Source of the DNA: Myxococcota bacterium
GTDB lineage: Bacteria > Myxococcota_A > SURF-8
Assembly (NCBI GenBank): GCA_963674735.2
Contig: CAXXQS010000001.1
Location: 2,048,001 to 2,112,000 of the forward strand
DNA: 64,000 nucleotides
Direction of reading: 5' to 3'
Shown here: piece after piece, positions 1 through 10,297 of the stretch
Numbering within the stretch: position 1 is the first letter of the stretch
Layout of the letters: every line of letters starts with the position of its first letter
Program-made: the position numbers and the translations under genes
Notes under the pieces: model-generated
Told to the model about the DNA's origin: nothing
Databases searched by the model: none
What the model saw: only the letters and a program-made list of their open reading frames with translations

Positions 1-883
1 TTTCGGCCAGATACTTGACCATCGGGACCGAGCGAAACATGTGCGGCACATCGTCCTTCGAACGCATGGTCCGGACCCAGATCGGCCCCCACCAGGGATT
101 GGACGGATTGGGAATCGTCAAGGCATTCCAGCTATAAACGGTGTGATCCTTAACCGGATCGTAGTCGACGGCAACCTTGCGGCCGCCTTCCATTTCATAG
201 CTGTGATTGATCGTGAACAGCGCGCGCGTCTGCAAGTATTTTACCGGCTCGTCCTCGCTCCAATCGTAAGCCAAGGAGAGCGCCACCAACCCTTTCAGGT
301 ATTGAATCACGATGCGGCGGAACATTTCATCACCGGTGTACAAGTAACCGGCAATCACGTTATTAAGCACTTTGCATGTTCGCAGGGTCAGATTGTCGGC
401 TCCGCCGGTATGGGAGAAAGTAATGGTATCGCCCGACTTGGACGCCTGGGTGTCCTGCCACCAGAGCTTGTAGTCCGGCATATCGGGATTATAAGATGCA
501 TCCAGGCCGTGGCTCATCCACCACACCCAGTTGAAATAACCACTGTCTTTCCAGAAACCAGTGATTTTCTTGGTAAATGCGGTGATTTCCGCAGCCGTCA
601 TCGGCTCGCCCACATCCTCGCGGGTCGTTTCAAAGGCAGGCGGCAAATCTTCTTCGGCTTCTATCTCATCTTCGGATTCCAATTCGGCGTCGAGTTCTTC
701 TTCCGGCTCCAGTTCTTCATCGCCATCCGGGACGACGGTATCGTCATCGCCATCGACCTGCGGTTCTTCATTGGCCGCGTCCTGATCGCCATCGACTGCC
801 GTTTCGTCTTCACTGCCGCCACACCCGAAAGCGAGCAAACCAACCAACATCCATACGATCATCCAGCTCACGCTGCGTACCAT
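1..883 (-). CDS. Lipoprotein with acidic DGD linker (partial; runs off left edge)
   Basis: Not in the ORF track because there is no stop in the window. Manual translation: GGAGG RBS, ATG at 883, MVRSVSWMIVWMLVGLLAFG-C lipobox, then DGDQD..DGDDD..PDGDEELEPEEE linker and an open globular domain to base 2. Confidence 0.85.
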   Translation of the reverse strand, partial: MVRSVSWMIVWMLVGLLAFGCGGSEDETAVDGDQDAANEEPQVDGDDDTVVPDGDEELEPEEELDAELESEDEIEAEEDLPPAFETTREDVGEPMTAAEITAFTKKITGFWKDSGYFNWVWWMSHGLDASYNPDMPDYKLWWQDTQASKSGDTITFSHTGGADNLTLRTCKVLNNVIAGYLYTGDEMFRRIVIQYLKGLVALSLAYDWSEDEPVKYLQTRALFTINHSYEMEGGRKVAVDYDPVKDHTVYSWNALTIPNPSNPWWGPIWVRTMRSKDDVPHMFRSVPMVKYLAE

Positions 884-1065
884 CGCAAAGCCTCCAATTT
901 TCGAATGTTTTGGGCCAAGTACAACCTTGCCGGATCTCTTGTTCTTGAAGTTATCGCAGTTCTCGAAGAACAGACTCCCACGGCCTGCATCTTAAAACGC
1001 AAAGCCAACTTGGGCAAGGAATGTTTTCGCGAATAGCATCACGAAGATTGAAGAAAACGGCGAGT

Positions 1066-1782
1066 TTACAAACCAAGAAACACGATCGCCGCCCCGGAAA
1101 GGGCAATAATAAACCCCGCAATCGCATGGATATACCGCTCCAGCCACTGGGTCGGAAGGATGTGAAAACCCAAACTGAGCAGGATGGTGATCGTGGTCAT
1201 CGTAGCGATGGTGACGACACCGAAAACGGTCGCGACAAACGCGACTCCCGCCCATGAATGAGCGGCAGCTGGAAACATGAGCAATGGAATCAAGGGTTCG
1301 CAGGGACCCAGAACGAAAACGACAAACAGAGCCCAGACCGTCACCGATTTGTGACCATCCGCGCTCGGGTGCGGATGTGCATGCGTGTGCTCGTCGTGGC
1401 TGTGCTCGTGATCGTGATTTTCGCCATTATGGAGATGGAAATGGCGGTGGGGTTTCTTTTTCCAGGCATTTCGCAACCCCCAAACCCCATAGGCCAAACC
1501 GAATGCCATCAACAGATAGCTGGCCAGCTCACCACGAGTCCCTTCAATGCCCTCCAAATTGGAGACGGCGATACCCAATGCAATACCGACAGCGCCCAAA
1601 ACGATGGACGACAGCACATGCCCCAAACCGCAAAGGGCCGTAATAAACGCGATTTTGGGTAGGCTCCATGATCGGGCTTTGCCGATCATGACAAAGGGCA
1701 GGTAGTGATCGGGACCGAAAAGGGTGTGTATAAAGCCCAAACTGGCCGCTGTTACCGCAATAACGCCGACATCGCCGGTCAT
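1066..1782 (-). CDS. His-rich Ni/Co transporter (NicO/RcnA/UreH-like)
   Basis: HTLFGPDH motif, His-rich loop HRHFHLH..HDHEHSHDEHTHAHPH, GPCEP motif, about 6 TM. GAGG RBS before ATG 1782. Confidence 0.85.
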   Translation of the reverse strand: MTGDVGVIAVTAASLGFIHTLFGPDHYLPFVMIGKARSWSLPKIAFITALCGLGHVLSSIVLGAVGIALGIAVSNLEGIEGTRGELASYLLMAFGLAYGVWGLRNAWKKKPHRHFHLHNGENHDHEHSHDEHTHAHPHPSADGHKSVTVWALFVVFVLGPCEPLIPLLMFPAAAHSWAGVAFVATVFGVVTIATMTTITILLSLGFHILPTQWLERYIHAIAGFIIALSGAAIVFLGL

Positions 1783-1823
1783 GTGTTGCCTCGTCGGTGA
1801 AAGGGGTCGAAAATCCATATTTC

Positions 1824-1872
1824 GTAGCACTATTGCAGAAATAGTACTACCACTACTAACAAGTCCTGTCAA
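1824..1872 (-). promoter_or_regulatory. sigma70 promoter overlapped by a 27-bp inverted repeat (NikR-like operator candidate)
   Basis: TTGACA at 1872-1867 (minus). GTAGCACTAT-N7-ATAGTACTAC at 1824-1850 (9/10 arm match) covers the -10 region. Confidence 0.6.
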
Positions 1873-2105
1873 CGCTTGAAATCATTCCGCATTGCAAATC
1901 AATCCAGTTTCAAGATCGCTTTTTCAGTTGACGAAAGGGTACCGCCGCGATTGGCTACAATCACTCACGAAGTGCTATAATCTACAGATTATGGCGAAGC
2001 TTGCGACACAGGTTCCAATGCGGGAATGACGAAATGGTTGACCCTTTCATGATAAGCTCTACGATGGAGTCGGATTGGTTTCATGGTCGCAGGAGGATTC
2101 TTTCC

Positions 2106-3599
2106 ATGATGTCCCCACGTTGGCTGTTTGCAGGGTTGTTTATTCTGCTGGTTGCCTGCTCCGGCTCGCCTGATTCCCCGCCCGATGGCGATGGTGAGGC
2201 CACTTCCGAGCTGGAAGCCGATCCCTGTTCGGGTGCGGCGGTGGATTGTACACCGGGCGTGTGTGTGGCAAAGAACGGTCAGGCGAGTTGCGATTGTCCG
2301 GATGGATATATGCCGGTGCGCTATTCCTGCGAATCCGTCAGCGATGGCGATACGGATTTCCCGGATGGTGATCTTCCGGGGGATGGTGATATGGAATGCG
2401 AGGAGACGGATCGCGACGCGGATCCGGAAGAGGCGGAGGATAACATCTGCGACCACCTCCCCACCGACGGACCTTTCGCCGGATTGCCATGCTGCGGCGT
2501 GGAAGCGATGGTGTTTCCCTGTATCTCGGATCTGCCGATTGTCCAAACAGATAATCAGGGCGGATTCAGAATTGGCGCAACAGATAACAATAATCTTTTC
2601 CCTCTTGGTGTTTGGAACGAATGGATACTCGTTACTTATTCGAGTACTCATTATCAAACCGGAAGTTATATCTGCAATTATTACAGCGGATTATGTTCAT
2701 TGCTGACCGATGAAGCTGCATCTCTCAATGGTTCCATTCGCGACAACCACATAATTTGGGAGGAGATTGAAGAGTGGACCGAAGGTCAGACACAGAAGCG
2801 CGGTAGTTTGTGGAGCAGTCCGCTCGATAAAATCCAGCGTATCCAAGTTTCCGACAGCATTACCGCCAAGTTCACCCAACATATTTACGGCGACCGTTTC
2901 TACTGGATCGGACGCAATCGCGTTGAAGACGACCCGACTGGCCATGTATATACGCTCAACGAGCAGGGGCAGGAAGAGCACCTCGATCAGGCCAGCGGCA
3001 GCGTGGCAACCTTCACCGTTTACGACAACATGCTTACCCTCCTGAATGGGGCCAACCAACTGATTCGTTTGAATCTGGACGACCGCAGCGAAACCCTGAT
3101 TCATGACTACGCCTATGCGGTCGGCAACCTGGCTCAGTGGGGTCATACTCTTTATGCAACCGACCTCTCCAATTCTCCCAACCCCTTCTCGCATTGCGGG
3201 GTATCGATCATCACCTACAATCTGGACACCTTGGAGCGCACGCCGTTGAAACAAAACGACGGCGAACGCGAATATTGGGTGGAAGATGTCTGGGAGGACT
3301 GGATGGTTTTTGTTACCTGCAATGAGGGGGCGGCTGATGATCCGAATGAGACCTGCTGTGAGAGCAGCGGTATGGGTGATATCTGGCTGCGTTATCTGCC
3401 GACAGGTGAGGAATGGAATTTATCCGACGCTTTCGGCGATCAGGTTGGGGCTCGAATGTGGGGTCCGTTGGTGATCTGGCGAGACGGTCGCAACCGGATA
3501 GACGGTAAAGGCAAGGCGCTCTACGGCATCGACCTGTGCAAGCATGCCGAATTGAAATCCCGCTTCAGTGAGTGCGCGAGCGAAATAGGACAAAAATAA
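2106..3599 (+). CDS. Lipoprotein: DGD linkers, EGF-like Cys domain, C-terminal beta-propeller-like region
   Basis: AGGAGG RBS, LVA-C lipobox, CSGAAVDCTPGVC..CDCPDGY..C six-Cys pattern, repeated DGD, TolB-like WxD/IWxD strands. Confidence 0.75.
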   Translation: MMSPRWLFAGLFILLVACSGSPDSPPDGDGEATSELEADPCSGAAVDCTPGVCVAKNGQASCDCPDGYMPVRYSCESVSDGDTDFPDGDLPGDGDMECEETDRDADPEEAEDNICDHLPTDGPFAGLPCCGVEAMVFPCISDLPIVQTDNQGGFRIGATDNNNLFPLGVWNEWILVTYSSTHYQTGSYICNYYSGLCSLLTDEAASLNGSIRDNHIIWEEIEEWTEGQTQKRGSLWSSPLDKIQRIQVSDSITAKFTQHIYGDRFYWIGRNRVEDDPTGHVYTLNEQGQEEHLDQASGSVATFTVYDNMLTLLNGANQLIRLNLDDRSETLIHDYAYAVGNLAQWGHTLYATDLSNSPNPFSHCGVSIITYNLDTLERTPLKQNDGEREYWVEDVWEDWMVFVTCNEGAADDPNETCCESSGMGDIWLRYLPTGEEWNLSDAFGDQVGARMWGPLVIWRDGRNRIDGKGKALYGIDLCKHAELKSRFSECASEIGQK

Positions 3600-3600
3600 C

Positions 3601-5286
3601 ATGCGTGTGGCGTTCGTCAGTTTTCATTGTCGCTATCATTATCAAACCATTGCCGGTCCTTTTTTACAGGCTGCCGTGGCAAAACATCAACCCGATGTCG
3701 AATGGCGCAGCTTCGAGTTTTTGACTTCATCGCCGGTATCAAACGCCCTATCGGACTTGCTGGACTACCAACCGGATGTGGTGGCTTTCTCCTCCTATCT
3801 TTGGAGTCTCGACATACAAGGTCAGCTGGCGGCACGGCTCAAACTCGTCTTACCGAATGCAAAAAGGATTATGGGCGGACCGGAATCCTGGCTGGCGCTT
3901 GAGGAACCCGACCACCCCTTGCTAACCCCATTTGATGTAATCGTACTAGGCGAGGCGGAAAACGAATTCCCGGTCCTACTCGATCGAATTGGACGAGACG
4001 AAACACCGGAGCCCATCATCCGCGCGGAACCGATTGAAAATCTCGACAAGCTGCCCTCCCCTTATCAAATGGGACTTTTTCGCGATGATGCGCCCTATTT
4101 GCACATGGAAACGTCACGGGGTTGCGTGAATCGCTGCACATTCTGCACCAGTGCGTATTCGCCAACACGCCTTTATTCAGTCGACCGCTGGCGAGACGAT
4201 CTCGACGCCGTTCTGAATCGCTTTGAAAACCTTCATCGCATCAACCTGCTCGACCGTAGTTTCAATGAACATACCGACCGGATGGTGTCGATCATCGACG
4301 GATTTTTCGAGAAATCCAATTCACAGATGCTGCATATCGAAATGCACCCCGATTTTATCGACGATGATCAGTTGAACTACCTGAAATCGCTACCGTCCAA
4401 TCGTTTGCATATCGAGATGGGCATACAAAGTTTCGATAAACGGACCTTGGCACATGTGGGGAGAAAAACCGATCCCGAACATGTTGAACGGCTTGTGAAA
4501 ACCTTTGCCGGATTCGATTCCGTTTCCTTGCACGTCGATCTGATAGCGGGACTGCCCAAACAAAAACAGTCGGATATTCGCGATTCGGTCGAGACACTCT
4601 GCGCATTGCAACCGGATGACATCCAACTCGAACGGCTCAAGATGCTACCCGGAACGATCATTCGGAAGAGTCTCAATCATTCCATCGTTTACGCGCCGAC
4701 TCCGCCGTGGGAAGTCCTGAAAACGGATGACTACAGTGCAAGCGAGCTCTTCGAGTCGGACCGCTTGTCACGGCTTTTGGATCGCTTTTACAACTCGGCC
4801 TATTTCTCGCGGACATTGCGAAAGATGGCTTCGGAACTGGGAAGCTGGAATCGCTTGTGGGATTTGCTGGGAGAAAAGGAGGACAGAGAAAACCCGAGTT
4901 CCGTCTTTCAGCGATTTCGATACCTGGAAGCGATAATAGATGAGCACAACCTGTCCAATCGCGTTCGCGAGCAGTGGCGGTTCGATTTGTTTTTACACGG
5001 CCGCTATCGCTTAGCCAGCCAACTGGCTTTAGAGCCCGAATACAACCGGCGGCTGGTCCCGATATTACGGGCACAATCCCATAAAGGAAAAGGGCATATC
5101 GAGCTTTTCGACAATCCAATTGAAGACCTGCCAAGCTTCAAAACGCCGGGCTTATTACTCTTCTTACATCAGCCCAAGCGGGTATTGCTTTTCGAGGTCG
5201 ATGATTCCAGCGAAGCGATTCAGGTGGATCTGTTGGCGATTTCGACCCGAGGCAAGCTGGAAAGAGTTCAATCGGAATCCCAATAA
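3601..5286 (+). CDS. B12-binding radical SAM protein
   Basis: N-terminal PDVVAFSSYLW..MGGPE cobalamin-binding domain; SRGCVNRCTFC CxxxCxxC motif; DLIAGLP. Confidence 0.9.
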   Translation: MRVAFVSFHCRYHYQTIAGPFLQAAVAKHQPDVEWRSFEFLTSSPVSNALSDLLDYQPDVVAFSSYLWSLDIQGQLAARLKLVLPNAKRIMGGPESWLALEEPDHPLLTPFDVIVLGEAENEFPVLLDRIGRDETPEPIIRAEPIENLDKLPSPYQMGLFRDDAPYLHMETSRGCVNRCTFCTSAYSPTRLYSVDRWRDDLDAVLNRFENLHRINLLDRSFNEHTDRMVSIIDGFFEKSNSQMLHIEMHPDFIDDDQLNYLKSLPSNRLHIEMGIQSFDKRTLAHVGRKTDPEHVERLVKTFAGFDSVSLHVDLIAGLPKQKQSDIRDSVETLCALQPDDIQLERLKMLPGTIIRKSLNHSIVYAPTPPWEVLKTDDYSASELFESDRLSRLLDRFYNSAYFSRTLRKMASELGSWNRLWDLLGEKEDRENPSSVFQRFRYLEAIIDEHNLSNRVREQWRFDLFLHGRYRLASQLALEPEYNRRLVPILRAQSHKGKGHIELFDNPIEDLPSFKTPGLLLFLHQPKRVLLFEVDDSSEAIQVDLLAISTRGKLERVQSESQ

Positions 5287-5628
5287 AGACACGCACTCGA
5301 TTATCTTCCCGGCCACCAGTTCTTCAGCATCAAACCCGTGTGTCCCAAAACTCCATCCGAATAAGATTTGGCAACGAATACCCGATGAAAAACGAGCCTG
5401 TTAACATGGATGACATGGATTACGACGGCAGGGATCGCCAATTTCACATCCTCTTTGCCCGAACCCTCCATTAAAAGTAGACGGCCAACGGCTGACAGGG
5501 AAGCTTCGCTGAAGCAAAGGGGTATTGGTTAAAATGTCGGGAACTCTATGAATCGATGAAGATGCAGCGCAGAATTGACAAAGTCGATACTTGGCTTTCA
5601 TCTCTCCCAGATGCTGACTAGCTTCAGC

Positions 5629-6435
5629 TCACGCCCCTTCCCCCTGGCATTTCTCGCAGATGTGGGTGCCACGCTGGCCGACCACCAGACGGAGGATGGG
5701 TGTCCCGCAGGTTGGACAAGGCTCGCCCGCACGTCCGTAAACCCGAAGGAAATCCTGCATATGGCCGCCTGGATAAATCCAGTCGAGACTTGTTCCATTA
5801 TGGCGAATGCCGTCGCGTAACACCGCCCGAATGGCCCGGTGCAGACGACGCGCATCATCCTGCGTCAACCGATCCGACAACCGCAGCGGATGCAGTCGCG
5901 CCCGAAACAGCGCCTCATCGGTATAGATGTTTCCCAGTCCGGCCATCACCGATTGATCGAGTAAAAGCGGTTTGAGGCGACGCGAGCGATGCTTCAGAAG
6001 CGACAACAAATCCCGGGCCGAAAAGCTTTTCTCCAGAGGTTCCACACCCAGATGCGCCGTGGCGGAATCCAAGTCATCGGCAAAGCGAATACGTCCGAAC
6101 TTACGCGCGTCATGAAACAGGAGCCGCGAGCCGTCGTCCAAAGTCCAAACGGCGCGGACATGCGTCGGATCCGCTTCTCCCGGTACGCCCCATTCGAAGC
6201 GTCCGCTCATGCGCAGGTGCGTGAGCACATAGCCCGCCGGGGCGAGGCTCCAGACAATCAGTTTGCCCCTTCGACTCACTTGCCGCACCTGACATCCAAG
6301 CATGGCGGCCGTGGCTCGTTCAAGATCCGGCAACACCTGACGAGGCCAGCTTGACGTAAACGCAACAATATTCCGCCCTTCCAGTTTCGGGGCGATATTG
6401 CGAGCGATGGTTTCGACTTCGGGAAGCTCAGGCAT
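5629..6435 (-). CDS. mutM: Formamidopyrimidine-DNA glycosylase
   Basis: MPELPEVE N-terminus, RRGK, HLRMSG, GLGNIYTDE, C-terminal CPTC..CEKC zinc finger. Confidence 0.97.
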   Translation of the reverse strand: MPELPEVETIARNIAPKLEGRNIVAFTSSWPRQVLPDLERATAAMLGCQVRQVSRRGKLIVWSLAPAGYVLTHLRMSGRFEWGVPGEADPTHVRAVWTLDDGSRLLFHDARKFGRIRFADDLDSATAHLGVEPLEKSFSARDLLSLLKHRSRRLKPLLLDQSVMAGLGNIYTDEALFRARLHPLRLSDRLTQDDARRLHRAIRAVLRDGIRHNGTSLDWIYPGGHMQDFLRVYGRAGEPCPTCGTPILRLVVGQRGTHICEKCQGEGA

Positions 6436-6545
6436 GACGCGACTGTAAACCAGTCCACCAACCGAGGCAAGGAGAACCGACAGGAATATCTCAAACAATT
6501 TCCTGCGATTTATACGTCCTTATTTTACGCGTGACCGCTTTTAAC

Positions 6546-6575
6546 TTGACACACCGCGTTGCTGTTTTCTAGTCT
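6546..6575 (+). promoter_or_regulatory. Putative sigma70 promoter
   Basis: TTGACA-N18-TAGTCT about 60 bp upstream of ATG 6634. Confidence 0.45.
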
Positions 6576-6633
6576 GCTTCATCATGCGCAAAGACTGGAT
6601 TGCGCCCTCATTCGATTCAAGGAGTTAACTCGC

Positions 6634-8019
6634 ATGCAAAAAGTAATCGAAGCGGATATCGTCGTTGTTGGCGCAGGATCGGCCGGTGCGGCAGCCGCCT
6701 ACCACCTCGCCGGTGCAGGCTTCGACGTCGTGTGTCTCGATAGCCGTCCATTAAACGAATCGGGGGCGCGTTGGGTCAATGCCATGCCTCCGTGGATGTT
6801 CGACCGGGCCGCTATTGCGCGGCCTGAATATCCCGAGCGTGTTGGGATGGGCGATCGCTTGATAATGATTACGAAAGATCTCGAAGCTAACGCCACACTC
6901 AATCCCAATCCGATTTACCCTACCGATATGCGCAAACTGGTGGCCCGCCTGCAGCGTCTGGCTACCGATGCCGGTGTGCGTTTCATCGGTGAATACATGG
7001 CGGCCCGTCTCGATTTCGACGGCGAACGTCCGGTGGCGCTCCAAGCCGAGAGCACCCGTCGTGGCGGTGCCGAATCCTTGACCCTTAGAGCCCGTCTGTA
7101 TGTCGACGCCTCGGGGATGACCGGCGCGATCCGCCGCCTGACACCGCAACTCAAACGCGACTGCCCCAAGGTCCAACCATCCGACATCTGCTCGGCGGCA
7201 ATGGAAATGTGCGATATCATCGACAAACCCGCCGCGCGCGACTGGCTCGACCGCCACAAGGCCGTCCCCGGAGAATTCGTTTCTTTCACCGGCGTCAAGG
7301 GTGGTTTTTCAACCGCCTGCTACACGGTTCATCGCGATCTCAGTTCCATCGAAGTGTTGAGCGGTGTCGTCAGCGAAGGGATCCGCCCCAGCGGCCCGCA
7401 GTATCTGGCCGAAATGAAATCCGATAAGCCCTGGATCGGGCGTGCGCAATTCGGCGGTTCCGGCCTGATTCCCATTCGCCGCCCTTACGATCGGCTGGCC
7501 GCCCCCGGCGTCGTGCTGCTCGGTGACAGCGCCTGCCATGTCTTTCCCGCCAACGCCAGCGGCGTCGGAGCGGGACTCATTGGCGCCCGCATTCTGGCCG
7601 AAAGCCTCGCGCAATTCCAAGACCCGGGTTGCCTGGAAGCCGTGTGGAGTTATCAGGCCAACACTCAGCGCGAAGTGGGCAGCTTACTGGCCAGTTTCGA
7701 CCCCTTCCGTCGTCTGTCCCAGACCTTCAGCGAAGAGGAAGTGGACGACTTGGTCAAGTCGGGACTCGTGAGCGGCAGCACCATGTATGCGGGCATTGCC
7801 CAGGCTTTGCCCAAACCCTCCCCAAAACAAGGACTCGACATCGTCCGTGGCATTATGCACAGCCCCAAATTGGCCGCACGCATGGGAACTGCCATGGCCA
7901 AGATGCCGCTGGTGTATGCGCTTTACAAAAACTACCCCCAAACACCCGATGAGGCCGCTCTCAAGCGCTTTTCGCAACGCATCGCCAAGATTATGGGAAC
8001 GGAGCCGGACTTGGCATAA
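6634..8019 (+). CDS. FAD-dependent oxidoreductase, geranylgeranyl-reductase-like
   Basis: VVVGAGSAG Rossmann motif, DASG, LLGDSACHVFP..SGVG; AAGGAG RBS. Confidence 0.8.
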   Translation: MQKVIEADIVVVGAGSAGAAAAYHLAGAGFDVVCLDSRPLNESGARWVNAMPPWMFDRAAIARPEYPERVGMGDRLIMITKDLEANATLNPNPIYPTDMRKLVARLQRLATDAGVRFIGEYMAARLDFDGERPVALQAESTRRGGAESLTLRARLYVDASGMTGAIRRLTPQLKRDCPKVQPSDICSAAMEMCDIIDKPAARDWLDRHKAVPGEFVSFTGVKGGFSTACYTVHRDLSSIEVLSGVVSEGIRPSGPQYLAEMKSDKPWIGRAQFGGSGLIPIRRPYDRLAAPGVVLLGDSACHVFPANASGVGAGLIGARILAESLAQFQDPGCLEAVWSYQANTQREVGSLLASFDPFRRLSQTFSEEEVDDLVKSGLVSGSTMYAGIAQALPKPSPKQGLDIVRGIMHSPKLAARMGTAMAKMPLVYALYKNYPQTPDEAALKRFSQRIAKIMGTEPDLA

Positions 8020-8053
8020 AGGGCGGGAAAAACCGGATTCGGGAATTCTCGGT

Positions 8054-8986
8054 TCAGGGATTCAGCACGGCTTTGAGAGCCACGCCCAGGCTGGGATATC
8101 GGTAGCGGAACCCGGCTCCAAGCAGACGCTCGGGGTACACTTTCGCACCTTCCAACAGAAGCGACTGCCCCATCTCGCCGAAAAGCAATCGCACCATCGG
8201 AGCGGGGATCGGAAACACGGCAGGCCGATGGAGTGCACGGCCCAAAGCTTTCGTAAAAACTGCGTTCGATACCGGTTCCGGCGCCACGGCGTTCACCGGC
8301 CCATCCAACTCTTCGTTCTCGATACAAAACCCGATGGCCGACACCAGATCATCGAGCGTGATCCAACTCATTCCCTGACGACCCGCTCCCAAACGCCCAC
8401 CTACACCGAGCTTAAAAGGGGGTAACATGCGTTTGAGCGCCCCGCCATTGCTGCTCAATACCACTCCGATGCGCAAGTTGACCACTCGCAATCCCGCCGC
8501 GCGGGCCGCTTCGGTTGCCGCTTCCCATACCCGGCAGACCTCGGACAAGAAACCGGTTCCCGACTCGCTGGCTTCGCTGATCCGCTCATCGGGACGATGT
8601 CCGTAATAACCGATGGCGGACGCCGAAATCATAACTGGAGGTGGAGAAGAAAGCCCCGCCAAACACTCGGCAAGAAGCCGCGTTCCCATTCGGCGGCTCT
8701 CCAGAATGGCCGCCTTCTTATCGGGAGTCCAGCGACCCTCCGCCAGGCTTTCTCCCGCGAGATGCACCAAAGCCTGCAGACCTTCCAGAGCGGCCCGGTC
8801 GATTTCACCTGTGGCGGGATTCCAGCGAATGTCGTTCGGGGAGACGTTTTTGCCGCGCACGAGTTTCGCAACCTGCCAGCCTTCGTTCTCCAATCGCTCG
8901 GATAACGCCTGCCCGACCAACCCGCTCGCCCCGCTGATGGCGATGCGCCTGATTGGAGACTCTGGACGACCGGATACCTGTGTCAT
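8054..8986 (-). CDS. TIGR01777-family NAD-dependent epimerase (YfcH-like)
   Basis: ISGASGLVG, HLAGE, SASAIGYYG, LRIGVVL, GPVNAVAP. Confidence 0.93.
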   Translation of the reverse strand: MTQVSGRPESPIRRIAISGASGLVGQALSERLENEGWQVAKLVRGKNVSPNDIRWNPATGEIDRAALEGLQALVHLAGESLAEGRWTPDKKAAILESRRMGTRLLAECLAGLSSPPPVMISASAIGYYGHRPDERISEASESGTGFLSEVCRVWEAATEAARAAGLRVVNLRIGVVLSSNGGALKRMLPPFKLGVGGRLGAGRQGMSWITLDDLVSAIGFCIENEELDGPVNAVAPEPVSNAVFTKALGRALHRPAVFPIPAPMVRLLFGEMGQSLLLEGAKVYPERLLGAGFRYRYPSLGVALKAVLNP

Positions 8987-9055
8987 GTCGCCTCCCGTCC
9001 CGCAGCATAGGTTTACCAGCGTTTTCTCAGTTGCAGACAGCCGATTTTCGACCTG

Positions 9056-10252
9056 TCAATCTCGCTTGAAATGACGTTCACATAAACTGGCGAACAACTC
9101 CACTCCTTGCGACAGTACATCTTCGTCGAAATCGAAACGTGGATTATGATGCGGATACACCATACCCTTCTCCGGATTGCCTGCGCCCAAAAAAACAAAA
9201 CAGCCGGGGATCTTTTGAAGGTAGTAGCTCATATCTTCCGCCCCCATCGTCGGAGGAGATTCCACAACCCATTCGTGCCCGAATACCGCCTGAGCCGTTT
9301 CGCGCGCAAATGCCGTCGCGACCTCGTCATTGATCGTAGCCGGGTACTGCGCCCGCCATTCAAAATCGATTTCGGCTCCATGCCCGGCGGCCACACCCCG
9401 CGCCATACGCTCGATCAATTCGGGAATTCGCGCTCGCACCTCGGTATTGAACGAACGCGCCGTACCAACCAATTCCGCCCGTTCGGCGATGATGTTATCG
9501 CTCGTCCCAGCCGAAATACGTCCCACCGTCACCACGGCGGGCTCCAGCGGATCGATTTGACGCGCCACGATGCTCTGCAATTGGGTGGTAATTGCCGCCG
9601 CTACCACCACGGAGTCGGTAGCCGTATGCGGAATCGCCCCATGCCCGCCATGGCCTCTTACCGTAATCGTAAAGCTATCGGTACTGGCCATCAGCGCTCC
9701 CGCCTTGATTGCCACGACACCCGCCGGGGCCGGAGCCCACAAATGCAGACCGAAAATGTGCGAAACCGGGGGATCCGTCAATGCAGCACCGGCAATCATG
9801 CGTTCCGCTCCGCCACCGCCCTCCTCGGCTGGTTGAAAAATCAAACTCACCGGCCCCGGGAAACGCTGTCCACTCTCGGACAGCCAACGCGCAAAGCCCA
9901 GCAAAATGGCCACGTGGCCGTCATGGCCGCAGGCATGCATACAACCGGGCGTTTTCGAGCAGAAATCATGGGTGTTTTCTTCCTGCAACGGCAGAGCGTC
10001 CATATCAGCGCGAAAAGCCACAGCCGGATGCCCGGGCTCCGATCCTTCCCAAACACCGATGACACCGGTTCCCCCAACACCCTCGCGGACGACAAAACCG
10101 AATTTCTTCAGACGTTCCGCTACGATACCCGCCGTCCGGAACTCGGCGTATCCCAGCTCGGGATGCCGATGTAAATCACGGCGCGTGGCTATGAGTTCGT
10201 CGGTCTGGCGACGAATTTCCGGCCGCACCTTCTCCAGAAGTTCTTCTGACAT
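9056..10252 (-). CDS. M20D amidohydrolase
   Basis: RRDLHRHPELG, RADMDALP, MHACGHDGH, QPAEE, GAEDM, HHNPRF. Confidence 0.93.
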   Translation of the reverse strand: MSEELLEKVRPEIRRQTDELIATRRDLHRHPELGYAEFRTAGIVAERLKKFGFVVREGVGGTGVIGVWEGSEPGHPAVAFRADMDALPLQEENTHDFCSKTPGCMHACGHDGHVAILLGFARWLSESGQRFPGPVSLIFQPAEEGGGGAERMIAGAALTDPPVSHIFGLHLWAPAPAGVVAIKAGALMASTDSFTITVRGHGGHGAIPHTATDSVVVAAAITTQLQSIVARQIDPLEPAVVTVGRISAGTSDNIIAERAELVGTARSFNTEVRARIPELIERMARGVAAGHGAEIDFEWRAQYPATINDEVATAFARETAQAVFGHEWVVESPPTMGAEDMSYYLQKIPGCFVFLGAGNPEKGMVYPHHNPRFDFDEDVLSQGVELFASLCERHFKRD

Positions 10253-10297
10253 TGCGTCCCTCTCTCGCGGATGTTTCCATTCCTTCAATCGGGACGA

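Noticed and set aside
41-1036. 331-aa plus-strand ORF
   Set aside because: Antisense to the minus-strand lipoprotein, which has an RBS and a lipobox.
5401-5421. ACATGGAT tandem repeat and 66-aa ORF in the intergenic gap
   Set aside because: Too short to support a feature; no RBS or recognisable motif.
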